A stretch of 64,000 nt of DNA, taken from NCBI GenBank assembly GCA_964016885.1, contig OZ024745.1:98208001-98272000 (forward strand), read 5' to 3'. Positions within the stretch are counted from its first letter, which is position 1. Every line of letters begins with the position of its first letter. The notes under the pieces are model-generated. The model saw nothing but the letters and a program-made list of their open reading frames with translations, ran no database searches and was not told where the DNA came from. The DNA is from Eledone cirrhosa (lineage: Eukaryota). The translations under genes were made by a program, and so were the position numbers. Below, piece after piece: positions 41,779 through 59,339 of this stretch.

Positions 41779-42577
41779 CATGATGGCTCCAAACTCTACC
41801 AACAGTATTGCAATCGCTTGTCAGATTCAGATGTATGACGCTCGGATATTGCTTTTCAAGCCTGCTAGAGACTTGCACTGCTAGAGACTTGCACTCCTTC
41901 ACATACTGACGACAACTATGGATCTCCCTGGCCTGAGGTCGTGCATCAGGATGCCTGTGAACCATCACAACACCGTGGAGATCATAGTTCACTGGTTCTC
42001 TTTGAACATGGCTGCAACTGTGACTCCTGAGACCAGATTTACTCAAGCAAATTTTTCCACACACAGAGCACTTCAATTCAAAGGAGACACCGATCGATTC
42101 GAGAGATACACCCGCGCATTGCTTACGCACATCCCGTTTGATCTTCTCGTGCTCTCTGCGTCTGTCCTCAAAATTATGGACCCTATCATTCACCATTCCA
42201 CGCCAAGTTTCTCTTTCAAGAGCTTCTATCTCCCAGTCAGCCATCATCAAACCAGTTTTTTACACAATCCTTGAATCGGAGCCTTGGCTTGTGTGGTGGT
42301 CTCTTACCATCGCAAAGATCGCCACACAAGAGTTGTTTTGGGATTCGATCATTCCCCATTCTGCAGAGGTGTCCGATCCATCGCAAACGCTGTTGGTGGA
42401 TGATACTCTCAATGCTCCGACACTCACTTCTCTCAAGGACCTCAACATCACTCCCATGTATCTGCCACTTGATACCGAGTATCTTTCTGAGACACTGCTG
42501 GTGAAACCGTTCCAGTCTGTGGATATGCCGTTTATAGGCAACTCATGTCTCACATGCATACAACAAAGCTGACAGTA
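41779..42577 (-). mobile_element. 5'-truncated RTE (BovB-like) LINE with a (TATG)n tail
   Basis: Hand translation VLSALLYACET*VAYKRHIHRLERFHQQCLRKILGIKWQ..RLRWIGHLCRM..RIPKQLL.G.L..GKR..KPRLRFKD, then C-terminal CSVCGKICLSKSGLRSH. Confidence 0.9.
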
Positions 42578-43443
42578 CACATACATACATACATGATGGC
42601 TGCCCCTTTGTCATCGAGTATGACCATTGCACGATATAACATTATTAATAATTATTAATCAATTCTATCGTGCAATGCCTGTGCGTGAAGATATTTTTTA
42701 AAGTAAGGAAAGACTGTGCACTGAGCCAATCCCACTCTCTGAGCGACAGTAGCTATAACCCGAAAAGAAGAAAAGATCAACATCATCGGTAACTACCGAG
42801 CCGCAGGTTTTATATCGGAGTTATCCCAGTTTCCTGAGTTGCCATCTCCTAGAAGAATGCCCTGACAAAGGCTAGGGGTCCTTCATTCCCAGTGGTTTAA
42901 TTGCGCGATCGGGTATCCAGCCCGACTATTTCTATGTCCCCGCGTATATACATCTACATGCACCCATCTATATACACATATACATACATATGTACATGTG
43001 TATATACATATTTACTCACTTTGGGATGGCCGTTGACTCAAAAATTGAAAAGGTCTTCAAAATTAAGCATACAGTGTATTGCAAAATACACTGTGTATAC
43101 ATTCATTTATATATAGCTATTTCAGAGTACCAATTCTAATTTTCAATTTTTGGTGGACCGGCAACCGCTCTGTATAATCAGTTCCTGATTATTACTTGAA
43201 TTCTATAAGAATCCAACATTCATAATTTTCAGCAAACAGGTGGAGTGGTGAGCTTTCAAAGTACCAAAAAGTACGAAACAGAGCTCTGTCAGCTTATCTC
43301 CCCTTGTTTGCTGAAAATTTAAGTAAGTGACAATGTCGCTACTTTAAAACAATAGCGTAAGGTCTTCAAAATGCTTTTAATTAAGCATACAGTGTATTGC
43401 AAAATAGACTATATATACATTCATATATATGTTTGTGTATATG

Positions 43444-43478
<35 letters not shown>

Positions 43479-43490
43479 TGTGTATATGTC

Positions 43491-43537
<47 letters not shown>

Positions 43538-43616
43538 TATATTCAGGTTTGAGGTTCACCACTGGATAGAGCTGGTCAATTCCGTATGGTCAATCTCAAT
43601 GTAATATACATTCACT

Positions 43617-43691
43617 TATTATATTTCGAATACCTGATGATATCACCGGATTCATACGGAACCCGGTTATTGAAATGATCATAGTATAATA
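43617..43691 (+). ncRNA. Degenerate hammerhead in a (TA)n-flanked island (43543-43736)
   Basis: CTGATGA-t-atcaccgg..ccggttat-t-GAAA-tg-ATC; stem I is weak. Confidence 0.5.
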
Positions 43692-43733
43692 AACCTTTCA
43701 AGGATTTACACAAATCCAGCCTCCTGTCATTTC

Positions 43734-43779
<46 letters not shown>

Positions 43780-43856
43780 ATTATATATACAAAAATAAAG
43801 TACCAGTAATGCACTGGGTATTTGCTGGCCTTGTGCCAAAAGTAGAAACAATATAT

Positions 43857-43870
43857 ACATGTTTGTGTAT

Positions 43871-43906
<36 letters not shown>

Positions 43907-43948
43907 TGTGTATATGTCACATATATATATACATATGTTGGTGAATAT

Positions 43949-44010
<62 letters not shown>

Positions 44011-44122
44011 ATATTCACCAACATATGTATATATATATGTGACATATACACAAACATATATATATGATATATACACAAACATATATATATATATATATAT
44101 ATATGGCATATACACAAACATG
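43857..44122. repeat. Fold-back of ~265 bp centred on a (TA)n tract
   Basis: tgtttgtgtatatgtcaca..catatgttggtgaatatggca(ta)n tgccatattcaccaacatatg..tgtgacatatacacaaaca. Confidence 0.85.
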
Positions 44123-44125
44123 TAT

Positions 44126-44847
44126 GTGTCAGTGTTGAACAAAAAGGTGACGTGGTTGCCTTAACACCGTATGGCATAAATTCAGGCTGTTCAGTTTGTT
44201 TACAAACGAACAAAGCGACGTTATAATAAGCCCCGCTAAACTGATACGTGCATATATGTATGTGTACCTGTATGCATATGTATATATATATGTATATATA
44301 TATATATATGTGCATGCTACTGTACGTCTGTATACATATATGTATGTACGTATACATGCATACTTACATTTAAGTAAGTGCCATACTAAGAGTGAGAAAT
44401 GAAATTTCGTTTTCATTTTGTTTCAATTTATCGTTTTCGGTATGCCTGACCGATTTAACTCACTCAATATGCAAATTAGGCTGCTCAGCCGTTAATTTTC
44501 ATAAGGAAAGTATATACTTTCGAACGTTCAACTATCTGGCAGATGGGTAAACGGTGCTGATGATAGCTAACAAGCTTGAAACTAGTACATCGTTCCTGTG
44601 TCAGTGTTGAACAAAAAGGTGACGTGGTTGCCTTAACACCGTATGGCATAAATTCAGGCTGTTCAGTTTGTTTACAAACGAACAAAGCGACGTTATAATA
44701 AGCGTCGCTAAACTGATACGTGCATATATGTATGTGTACCTGTATGCATATGTATATATATATGTATATATATATATATATATATATGTGCATGCTACTG
44801 TACGTCTGTATACATATATGTATGTACGTATACATGCATACTTACAT
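44126..44847. repeat. Direct repeat of ~245 bp (44126-44368 / 44598-44847)
   Basis: tgtgtcagtgttgaacaaaaaggtgacgtgg...catgcatacttacat occurs twice. Confidence 0.9.
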
Positions 44848-44929
44848 ATATATATATATGTTTGTGTATATATCATATATATATGTTTGTGTATATGTCA
44901 CATATATATATACATATGTTGGTGAATAT

Positions 44930-44963
<34 letters not shown>

Positions 44964-46410
44964 TGTGTATAAGTCATATATCCTTCACTCGATCGACTTT
45001 CGTCAAATCGGACCGAGGAAACAATGTTTCCGTTGGTCTTTCTAATTGCTAATACTATCTATCGGTCGCAACTCCAGGTAGAAGGAGCAACGTGAAATAA
45101 AGTGTCTTGCTCAAGGACATAACGCATCGCCTGGTCCAGGAATCGAACTCACAACCTCAAGATTGTGAATCAAATTCTCTAACCACTCAGCCACACGCCT
45201 TCACGTCATATATATGTCATTATATACATGTGAATATATATATATGTCATTATATACATGTGTATATAATGAGATATATATATATATACACAAGGGCGGT
45301 GGATTGGCAGTATTGGTAGAGGGTCGGACGCCATGCTTTGACGTACAGATTTACGGCCCTTGCCATTCTGAGTTCAAATCCCGCCGAGGTTAACTTTGCC
45401 TTTCATCCTTACGGCGGTCGATAAAATAAAGTACCAGTAATGCACTGGGTAATTGCTGGCCTTGTGCCAAAAGTAGAAACAATTATGTAGTAATAAAAAC
45501 ATTAGTGGTATCTTATACCCTCGTAATTTTAGACACGAGATTTACTGTTTATTTATACATATATATTACTATATATATGGTGGCTGCCAACTCGTTTTCG
45601 AGTACGGCCACTACTTTATATCCATGTAGGAGAACCCCTACGGATGCGCTGAACGAGTGTGACTTTTTAGTCCAGCCAGCGATTTGAAAACGCTGGTACA
45701 AACACTACACTTTTGACAATTATTGACACATAGTGCTGGGCCCATGGTACCATCTGACGACAAGTGCAGAGAGATCTCCAGATATAAAGCAATGCCTGTG
45801 CCGTGAAGCTTTTATAGTGAGCAAAGGCACTGCACAAAGCCAGTCCCACTCTCTTAACCAAGATGATATGTACCAAAAAGAAGAACAAGTCAACATCATT
45901 GGATACCATCAGGGTTGCAGGTGTTATATCAGAGTTTTCCTTCTCCTAGAATTCTGCCTTGACAAAGGCTAAGGGGTCATCTCTCCCGGTGATTTTCGAT
46001 GGCCATTGACTCTTAAGAGCTCCTTTGCCCTTTGACAGGTTTTGTTTTTAGTCCTGCAGGATGTCCAAAGTCACCCTCCTCACCAAGAAGCCTTGGTGGG
46101 GTTGCCAGTTTAGTCGCCAACGACCCAACCATGAGACAGGTTGTACTGGGATACATGTTACCAGTAGCACCAACAATATTTATATATATATATATATATA
46201 TAAAGCGTCAGGACCCCGACGGCTGATCCGGCCGTTTCGAGAGCTAGATCCGAACTAAACCAGTAGTATTAGGACGGCAGGGACCTAGCTGAACTTGTCA
46301 AGGGGTACAGTCCGTATATGGGCATGCAATCAAAACAAAGTCGAAGTATCATATCAAACAATCCTAAAAGAGAGAGAGAGAGAAAGAGAGACATATCTAG
46401 ACATATATAA

Positions 46411-46442
<32 letters not shown>

Positions 46443-46905
46443 ATATATTTAGAGAGAAAGAAACATGCGTACGAAGTTGATGGACGTCATTATGCTGCAG
46501 CCGTTGCATAAGGTGGTTTCTATATTGAATATACACACAAACAGTCAGAACACACAAACAATAAGATAAACTGAGTGAACACACAGACACAGACTCAGAC
46601 GCGGACGCGGACGCAGGCGCAGACAAAGGAAGCGACTTCAGTTTGGAACATATGAATTGAATTGCTCCTGTGTCGTCTGCTTGGGAGATAGATAGACAGA
46701 GAGAGAGGGAGAGAGACGGAGAGAGTGAGTGAGTGAGAGAGAGTGAATGAGAGAGAGAGAGATAAATAGGCAGAAATAGAGTCAGAGAAGGACACAAGGT
46801 AGATAGATGAATGATTAGATAGAATTATGGATATATATATATATATATATAGCCGTACATCTTTAATAAACGAAGCCAAATTTTAAATATTTGACTTAAT
46901 TATTT

Positions 46906-46941
<36 letters not shown>

Positions 46942-47009
46942 AGGGTTGACGGACCCACCATATTTATCAATATATATATCTATAAAGAGAGAGAGAGATA
47001 TAGAGAGAG

Positions 47010-47060
<51 letters not shown>

Positions 47061-47094
47061 AGAGAGAGAGAGATACAGAGAGAGGGGATATATA

Positions 47095-47141
<47 letters not shown>

Positions 47142-47192
47142 GTACATATATATGTATATATATATGTGTATATATATGTATGTATATATATG

Positions 47193-47308
<116 letters not shown>

Positions 47309-47598
47309 GGAAGAGAGGGAATTAAAGCAGTAGGTAGATAAAAATAGATAGATAGATAGATAGATAGATATATAGATATATAGATAGATGAATAGAGAAA
47401 AAGAGAGAGAGGGGTGTCAGACAGACAGACTGGCTGACTGAAGGATGGACGGAGAGCTAAACTGATAGATTTGAATGCGGGGGGGGGGGTATGGATCGGA
47501 TAAGAAAGTAAAGATGTTAGTAGCGGTGGGGATAGCTTGGCGTCTCTACGATGACTCACCTTTCTGCTGCCTCTCTTTATAACTTCATCATTGATGGC

Positions 47599-47730
47599 AT
47601 ATACACACAGACACATAAACATAATAAACATATATACACACAGACACATAAACATAATAAACATATATACACACAGACACATAAACATAATAAACATATA
47701 TACACACAGACACATAAACATAATAAACAT
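47599..47730. repeat. 33-bp minisatellite, 4 copies
   Basis: Seen as the HIYTQTHKHNK periodicity in the ORF track. Confidence 0.85.
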
Positions 47731-47915
47731 ATATATATATATATATACAGACAAACACACAAACATATACACGTACGTTAACTACACTCACATAAATATG
47801 TATATCAACATCGAAACACACACAGACCCGCACACATACACACACGCACACACACACACACACACATACACACATGTAAGCACCAACATATATCTATACA
47901 TTTAATTACAAACGC

Positions 47916-47955
<40 letters not shown>

Positions 47956-48063
47956 GTGCGTGTGTGTGTGTGTAATTATATATATATATATATATATATA
48001 TGAGTATATATATATATATAAGTATACATATTTATATATATATATATGTATATATATATAAGT

Positions 48064-48121
<58 letters not shown>

Positions 48122-48140
48122 GTGTGTGCGTGTGTGTGTG

Positions 48141-48254
<114 letters not shown>

Positions 48255-48291
48255 AGTACACATATATACATATATATATATATAAGTATAC

Positions 48292-48324
<33 letters not shown>

Positions 48325-48517
48325 AATACACATATATACATATATATATATATAAGTATATATGTAAATATATATATATATATATATATATAAGTATACA
48401 TATATATATATATGTGTGTGTGTGTGTGTATGTATGTATATGTATATATATGATGTGTGTGTGTGTATGTATATATTTATTTATATACATTTCCATATTT
48501 ATATATATTAATGTGTT

Positions 48518-48588
<71 letters not shown>

Positions 48589-48655
48589 TATATATACATT
48601 AATATATATATAAATATGTATATGTATATAAATAAATATATACATACACACACAC

Positions 48656-48690
<35 letters not shown>

Positions 48691-48854
48691 TATATATGTG
48701 TGTGTGTGTGTGTACAGAAAACACACATTCAGCCATAAATCAAACTCACCTACACGTACAGACACACACACACACCGCGAACACACGCACACGTTGAGGA
48801 TGTGCTTGCTGAAGGCAACTTCACTATGATGTACTTTAGTAGAACTGCAGTGTA

Positions 48855-52350
<3,496 letters not shown>

Positions 52351-52419
52351 GCGTAAAAACTACATAACAAGTATAACAACAACATTAACAAAACTGCAAC
52401 GACTGCAATATCAGCTGCC

Positions 52420-55400
52420 ACAACATTAGCAACAATAACAACGACAGAAAGATCAACCCCCGCCAAGAACACCAATAAAAATAACAACATTAGCAACAAT
52501 AACAACAGCAGAAACATCAACCCCCGCCAAGAACACCAATAACAATAACAACATTAGCAACAATAACAACGACAGAAACATCAACCCCCGCCAAGAACAC
52601 CAATAAAAATAACAACATTAGCAACAATAACAACGACAGAAACATCAACCCCCGCCAAGAACACCAATAAAAATAACAACATTAGCAACAATAACAACGA
52701 CAGAAACATCAACCCCCGCCAAGAACACCAATAAAAATAACAACATTAGCAACAATAACAACGGCAGAAACATCAACCCCCGCCAAGAACACCAATAACA
52801 ATAACAACATTAGCAACAATAACAACGACAGAAACATCAACCCCCGCCAAGAACACCAATAAAAATAACAACATTAGCAACAATAACAACGACAGAAAGA
52901 TCAACCCCCGCCAAGAACACCAATAACAATAACAACATTAGCAACAATAACAACGACAGAAACATCAACCCCCGCCAAGAACACCAATAAAAATAACAAC
53001 ATTAGCAACAATAACAACGACAGAAACATCAACCCCCGCCAAGAACACCAATAAAAATAACAACATTAGCAACAATAACAACGACAGAAACATCAACCCC
53101 CGCCAAGAACACCAATAAAAATAACAACATTAGCAACAATAACAACGGCAGAAACATCAACCCCCGCCAAGAACACCAATAACAATAACAACATTAGCAA
53201 CAATAACAACGACAGAAACATCAACCCCCGCCAAGAACACCAATAAAAATAACAACATTAGCAACAATAACAACGACAGAAAGATCAACCCCCGCCAAGA
53301 ACACCAATAACAATAACAACATTAGCAACAATAACAACGACAGAAACATCAACCCCCGCCAAGAACACCAATAACAATAACAACATTAGCAACAATAACA
53401 ACGACAGAAAGATCAAGCCCCGCCAAGAACACCAATAAAAATAACAACATTAGCAACAATAACAACGGCAGAAACATAAACCCCCGCCAAGAACACCAAG
53501 AACAATAACAACATTAGCAACAATAACAACGACAGAAAGATCAACCCCCGCCAAGAACACCAATAACAATAACAACATTAGCAACAATAACAACGACAGA
53601 AAGATCAACCCCCGCCAAGAACAGCAATAACAATAACAGCATTAGCAACAATAACAACGACAGAAAGATCAACCCCCGCCAAGAACAGCAATAACAATAA
53701 CAACATTAGCAACAATAACAACGACAGAAACATCAACCCCCGCCAAGAACAGCAATAACAATAACAACATTAGCAACAATAACAACGACAGAAACATCAA
53801 CCCCCGCCAAGAACAGCAATAACAATAGCAACATTAGCAACAATAACAACGACAGAAACATCAACCCCCGCCAAGAACACCAATAAAAATAACAACATTA
53901 GCAACAATAACAACGACAGAAACATCAACCCCCGCCAAGAACAGCAATAACAATAACAACATTAGCAACAATAACAACGACAGAAACATCAACCCCCGCC
54001 AAGAACAGCAATAACAATAACAACATTAGCAACAATAACAAAGACAGTAAGATCAACCCCCGCCAAGAACAGCAATAACAATAACAACATTAGCAACAAT
54101 AACAACGACAGAAACATCAACCCCCGCCAAGAACAGCAATAACAATAACAACATTAGCAACAATAACAACGACAGAAACATCAACCCCCGCCAAGAACAG
54201 CAATAACAATAACAACATTAGCAACAATAACAACGACAGAAACATCAACACCCGCCAAGAACACCAATAACAATAACAACATTAGCAACAATAACAACGA
54301 CAGAAACATCAACCCCCGCCAAGAACAGCAATAACAATAACAACATTAGCAACAATAACAACGACAGAAACATCAACTCCCGCCAAGAACAGCAATAACA
54401 ATAACAACATTAGCAACAATAACAACGACAGAAACATCAACCCCCGCCAAGAACAGCAATAACAATAACAACATTAGCTACAATAACAACGACAGAAACA
54501 TCAACCCCCGCCAAGAACAGCGATAACAATAACAACATTAGCAACAATAACAACGACAGAAACATCAACTCCCGCCAAGAACAGCAATAACAATAACAAC
54601 ATTAGCAACAATAACAACGACAGAAACATCAACCCCCGCCAAGAACACCAATAAAAATAACAACATTAGCAACAATAACAACGACAGAAACATCAACCCC
54701 CGCCAAGAACACCAATAACAATAACAACATTAGCAACAATAACAACGACAGAAAGATCAAGCCCCGCCAAGAACACCAATAAAAATAACAACATTAGCAA
54801 CAATAACAACGGCAGAAACATCAACCCCCGCCAAGAACACCAATAACAATAACAACATTAGCAACAATAACAACGACAGAAACATCAACCCCCGCCAAGA
54901 ACACCAATAAAAATAACAACATTAGCAACAATAACAACGGCAGAAACATCAACCCCCGCCAAGAACACCAATAACAATAACAACATTAGCAACAATAACA
55001 ACGACAGAAAGATCAACCCCCGCCAAGAACACCAAGAACAATAACAACATTAGCAACAATAACAACGACAGAAAGATCAACCCCCGCCAAGAACACCAAT
55101 AACAATAACAACATTAGCAACAATAACAACGACAGAAAGATCAACCCCCGCCAAGAACAGCAATAACAATAACAGCATTAGCAACAATAACAACGACAGA
55201 AAGATCAACCCCCGCCAAGAACAGCAATAACAATAACAACATTAGCAACAATAACAACGACAGAAACATCAACCCCCGCCAAGAACAGCAATAACAATAA
55301 CAACATTAGCAACAATAACAACGACAGAAACATCAACCCCCGCCAAGAACAGCAATAACAATAGCAACATTAGCAACAATAACAACGACAGAAACATCAA

Positions 55401-56277
55401 CCCCCGCCAAGAACACCAATAAAAATAACAACATTAGCAACAATAACAACGACAGAAACATCAACCCCCGCCAAGAACAGCAATAACAATAACAACATTA
55501 GCAACAATAACAACGACAGAAACATCAACCCCCGCCAAGAACAGCAATAACAATAACAACATTAGCAACAATAACAAAGACAGTAAGATCAACCCCCGCC
55601 AAGAACAGCAATAACAATAACAACATTAGCAACAATAACAACGACAGAAACATCAACCCCCGCCAAGAACAGCAATAACAATAACAACATTAGCAACAAT
55701 AACAACGACAGAAACATCAACCCCCGCCAAGAACAGCAATAACAATAACAACATTAGCAACAATAACAACGACAGAAACATCAACACCCGCCAAGAACAC
55801 CAATAACAATAACAACATTAGCAACAATAACAACGACAGAAACATCAACCCCCGCCAAGAACAGCAATAACAATAACAACATTAGCAACAATAACAACGA
55901 CAGAAACATCAACTCCCGCCAAGAACAGCAATAACAATAACAACATTAGCAACAATAACAACGACAGAAACATCAACCCCCGCCAAGAACAGCAATAACA
56001 ATAACAACATTAGCTACAATAACAACGACAGAAACATCAACCCCCGCCAAGAACAGCGATAACAATAACAACATTAGCAACAATAACAACGACAGAAACA
56101 TCAACTCCCGCCAAGAACAGCAATAACAATAACAACATTAGCAACAATAACAACGACAGAAACATCAACCCCCGCCAAGAACAGCGATAACAATAACAAC
56201 ATTAGCAACAATAACAACGACAGAAACATCAACCCCCGCCAAGAACAGCAATAACAATAACAACATTAGCAACAATG
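52420..56277. repeat. 64-bp minisatellite, ~60 copies
   Basis: cccccgccaagaac starts at 52457, 52521 and 52585. Confidence 0.95.
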
Positions 56278-56381
56278 GTATTAGGTCGTAACATTAGCAA
56301 TAGTAACAATAACAATAATATTAATATTAGCAACAATGGTACTAATGCAGAGATAGTGACAACATTAGCAATAGTACGATG

Positions 56382-56435
<54 letters not shown>

Positions 56436-56516
56436 GCAATAGCAACAACAACGGCAATAGCAACAACAATAGCAGCAACAACGACAATAGCAACAATAAC
56501 GACAATAGCAACAATG

Positions 56517-56547
<31 letters not shown>

Positions 56548-56595
56548 CGACAATAGCAACAACAACAACGACAATAGGAACAAAAGGGACAACAG

Positions 56596-56630
<35 letters not shown>

Positions 56631-56986
56631 GCAACAACAACAACAACAACAACGACGACAATAGCAACAACAACGACAATAGCAACAAAAAGGACAACAG
56701 AAACAACAACAACAACGATAGCAACAGCAACAACAACGACAACGACAATAGCAACAACAACAACGACAATAGCAACAAAAGGGAAACAGAAACAACAACA
56801 ACGACAACGACAATAGCAACAACAACAACGACAATAGCAACAAAAAGGACAACAGAAACAACGACAACAACAACGACGACGACAATAGCAACAACAACAA
56901 CGACAATAGCAACAAAAAGGACAACAGAAACAACAACAACAACGACAATAGCAACAAAAAGGACAACAGAAACAACAACAACGACG

Positions 56987-57018
<32 letters not shown>

Positions 57019-57229
57019 AATAATAGCAACAACAACAACAACAACGACAATAGCAACAACAACAATAGCAACAATAACAACAATAGCAACAACACCAATG
57101 ACAAGGGGTTGTGACAACATTAGCAATCGTATTACTGACAGCAACAATAGCAACAGCAACAATAATAGCAACAATACTAACATTAGCAACAATGGTATTA
57201 AGACAGGGATAGTGATAACATTAGCAATA

Positions 57230-57414
57230 CAGGTAAAATTCCGTTATAACGAATACCATTATTACGAATACCATTATAACGAATTTTTCAGTATTACGAA
57301 TTTTTTTCAATCCGTAAACGCTCGATTTGTTTTGGTGGATCTCGTTATGAAGAATTTTTCGTTACAACGAATATTTTTATACCCCGTGAATTTTGTTATA
57401 ACGGAATTTCCCTG
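57230..57414. mobile_element. Tc1/mariner (pogo/Tigger-like) MITE with TA target duplication
   Basis: TA-caggtaaaattccgttataac...gttataacggaatttccctg-TA; internal cgttataacgaa repeats. Confidence 0.85.
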
Positions 57415-57555
57415 TAGTATCAATGACAGTAATATTAGCAACAATAGTATTAAGACAGAGATAGTGGTAACATTCGCAATAGTATCAATGACAACAACAA
57501 TAGCAACAACGACAATAGCAACAACGACAATAGCAACAATAGTATTATTAGGAGA

Positions 57556-59217
57556 ATATTAGGACAGTAGTATTAATGGTGACAATATTAGGACAATAGT
57601 ATTAATAGTGACAATATTAGGACAATAGTATTAATAGTGACAATATTAGGACAATAGTATTAATAGTGACAATATTAAGACAATAGTATTAATAGTGACA
57701 ATATTAGGATAATAGTATTAATAGTGACAATATTAGGACAATAGTATTAATAGTGACAATATTAAGACAATAGTATTAATAGTGACAATATTAGGATAAT
57801 AGTATTAATAGTGACAATATTAGGACAATAGTATTAATAGTGACAATATTAGGACAATAGTATTAATAGTGACAATATTAGGACAATAGTATTAATAGTG
57901 ACAATATTAGGATAATAGTAATAATAGTGACAATATTAGGACAATAGTATTAATAGTGACAATATTAGGACAATAGTATTAATAGTGACAACATTAGGAC
58001 AATAGTATTAATAGTGACAATATTAGGACAATAGTATTAATAGTGACAATATTAGGACAATAGTATTAATAGTGACAATATTAGGACAATAGTATTAATA
58101 GTGACAATATTAGGACAATAGTATTAATAGTGACAATATTAGGACAATAGTATTAATAGTGACAATATTAGGACAATAGTATTAATAGTGACAATATTAG
58201 GACAATAGTATTAATAGTGACAATATTAGGACAGTAGTATTAATAGTGACAATATTAGGACAATAGTATTAATAGTGACAATATTAGGACAATAGTATTA
58301 ATAGTGACAATATTAGGACAATAGTATTAATAGTGACAATATTAAGACAATAGTATTAATAGTGACAATATTAGGACAATAGTATTAATAGTGACAATAT
58401 TAGGACAATAGTATTAATAGTAACAATATTAGGACAATAGTATTAATAGTGACAATATTAGGACAATAGTATTAATAGTGACAATATTAGGACAATAGTA
58501 TTAATAGTGACAATATTAGGACAATAGTATTAATAGTGACAATATTAGGACAATAGTATTAATAGTGACAATATTAGGACAATAGTATTAATAGTGACAA
58601 TATTAGGATAATAGTATTAATAGTGACAATATTAGGACAATAGTATTAATAGTGACAATATTAGGACAATAGTATTAATAGTGACAATATTAGGACAATA
58701 GTATTAATAGTGACAATATTAGGACAATAGTATTAATAGTGACAATATTAGGACAATAGTATTAATAGTAACAATATTAGGACAATAGTATTAATAGTGA
58801 CAATATTAGGACAATAGTATTAATAGTGACAATATTAGGACAATAGTATTAATAGTGACAATATTAGGACAATAGTATTAATAGTGACTACATTAGGACA
58901 ATAGTATTAATAGTGACAACATTAGGACAATAGTATTAATAGTGACAATATTAGGACAATAGTATTAATAGTGACAATATTAGGACAATAGTATTAATAG
59001 TGACAACATTAGGACAATAGTATTAATAGTGACAATATTAGGACAATAGTATTAATAGTGACAATATTAGGACAATAGTATTAATAGTGACAATATTAGG
59101 ACAATAGTATTAATAGTGACAACATTAGGACAATAGTATTAATAGTGACAACATTAGGACAATAGTATTAATAGTGACAACATTAGGACAATAGTATTAA
59201 TAGTGACAATATTAGGA
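57556..59217. repeat. 29-bp minisatellite, ~57 copies
   Basis: Unit gacaatattaggacaatagtattaatagt. Confidence 0.95.
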
Positions 59218-59339
59218 AGAAAGGTGAGTCTAAAAAAGGAACAATAACAATAACTGCAGCAATAACAACAACAATGGTGGCAATAACAACAACAGCAACA
59301 GCTACCATCATTACCACCACCGGCAGCACAACAACAACA

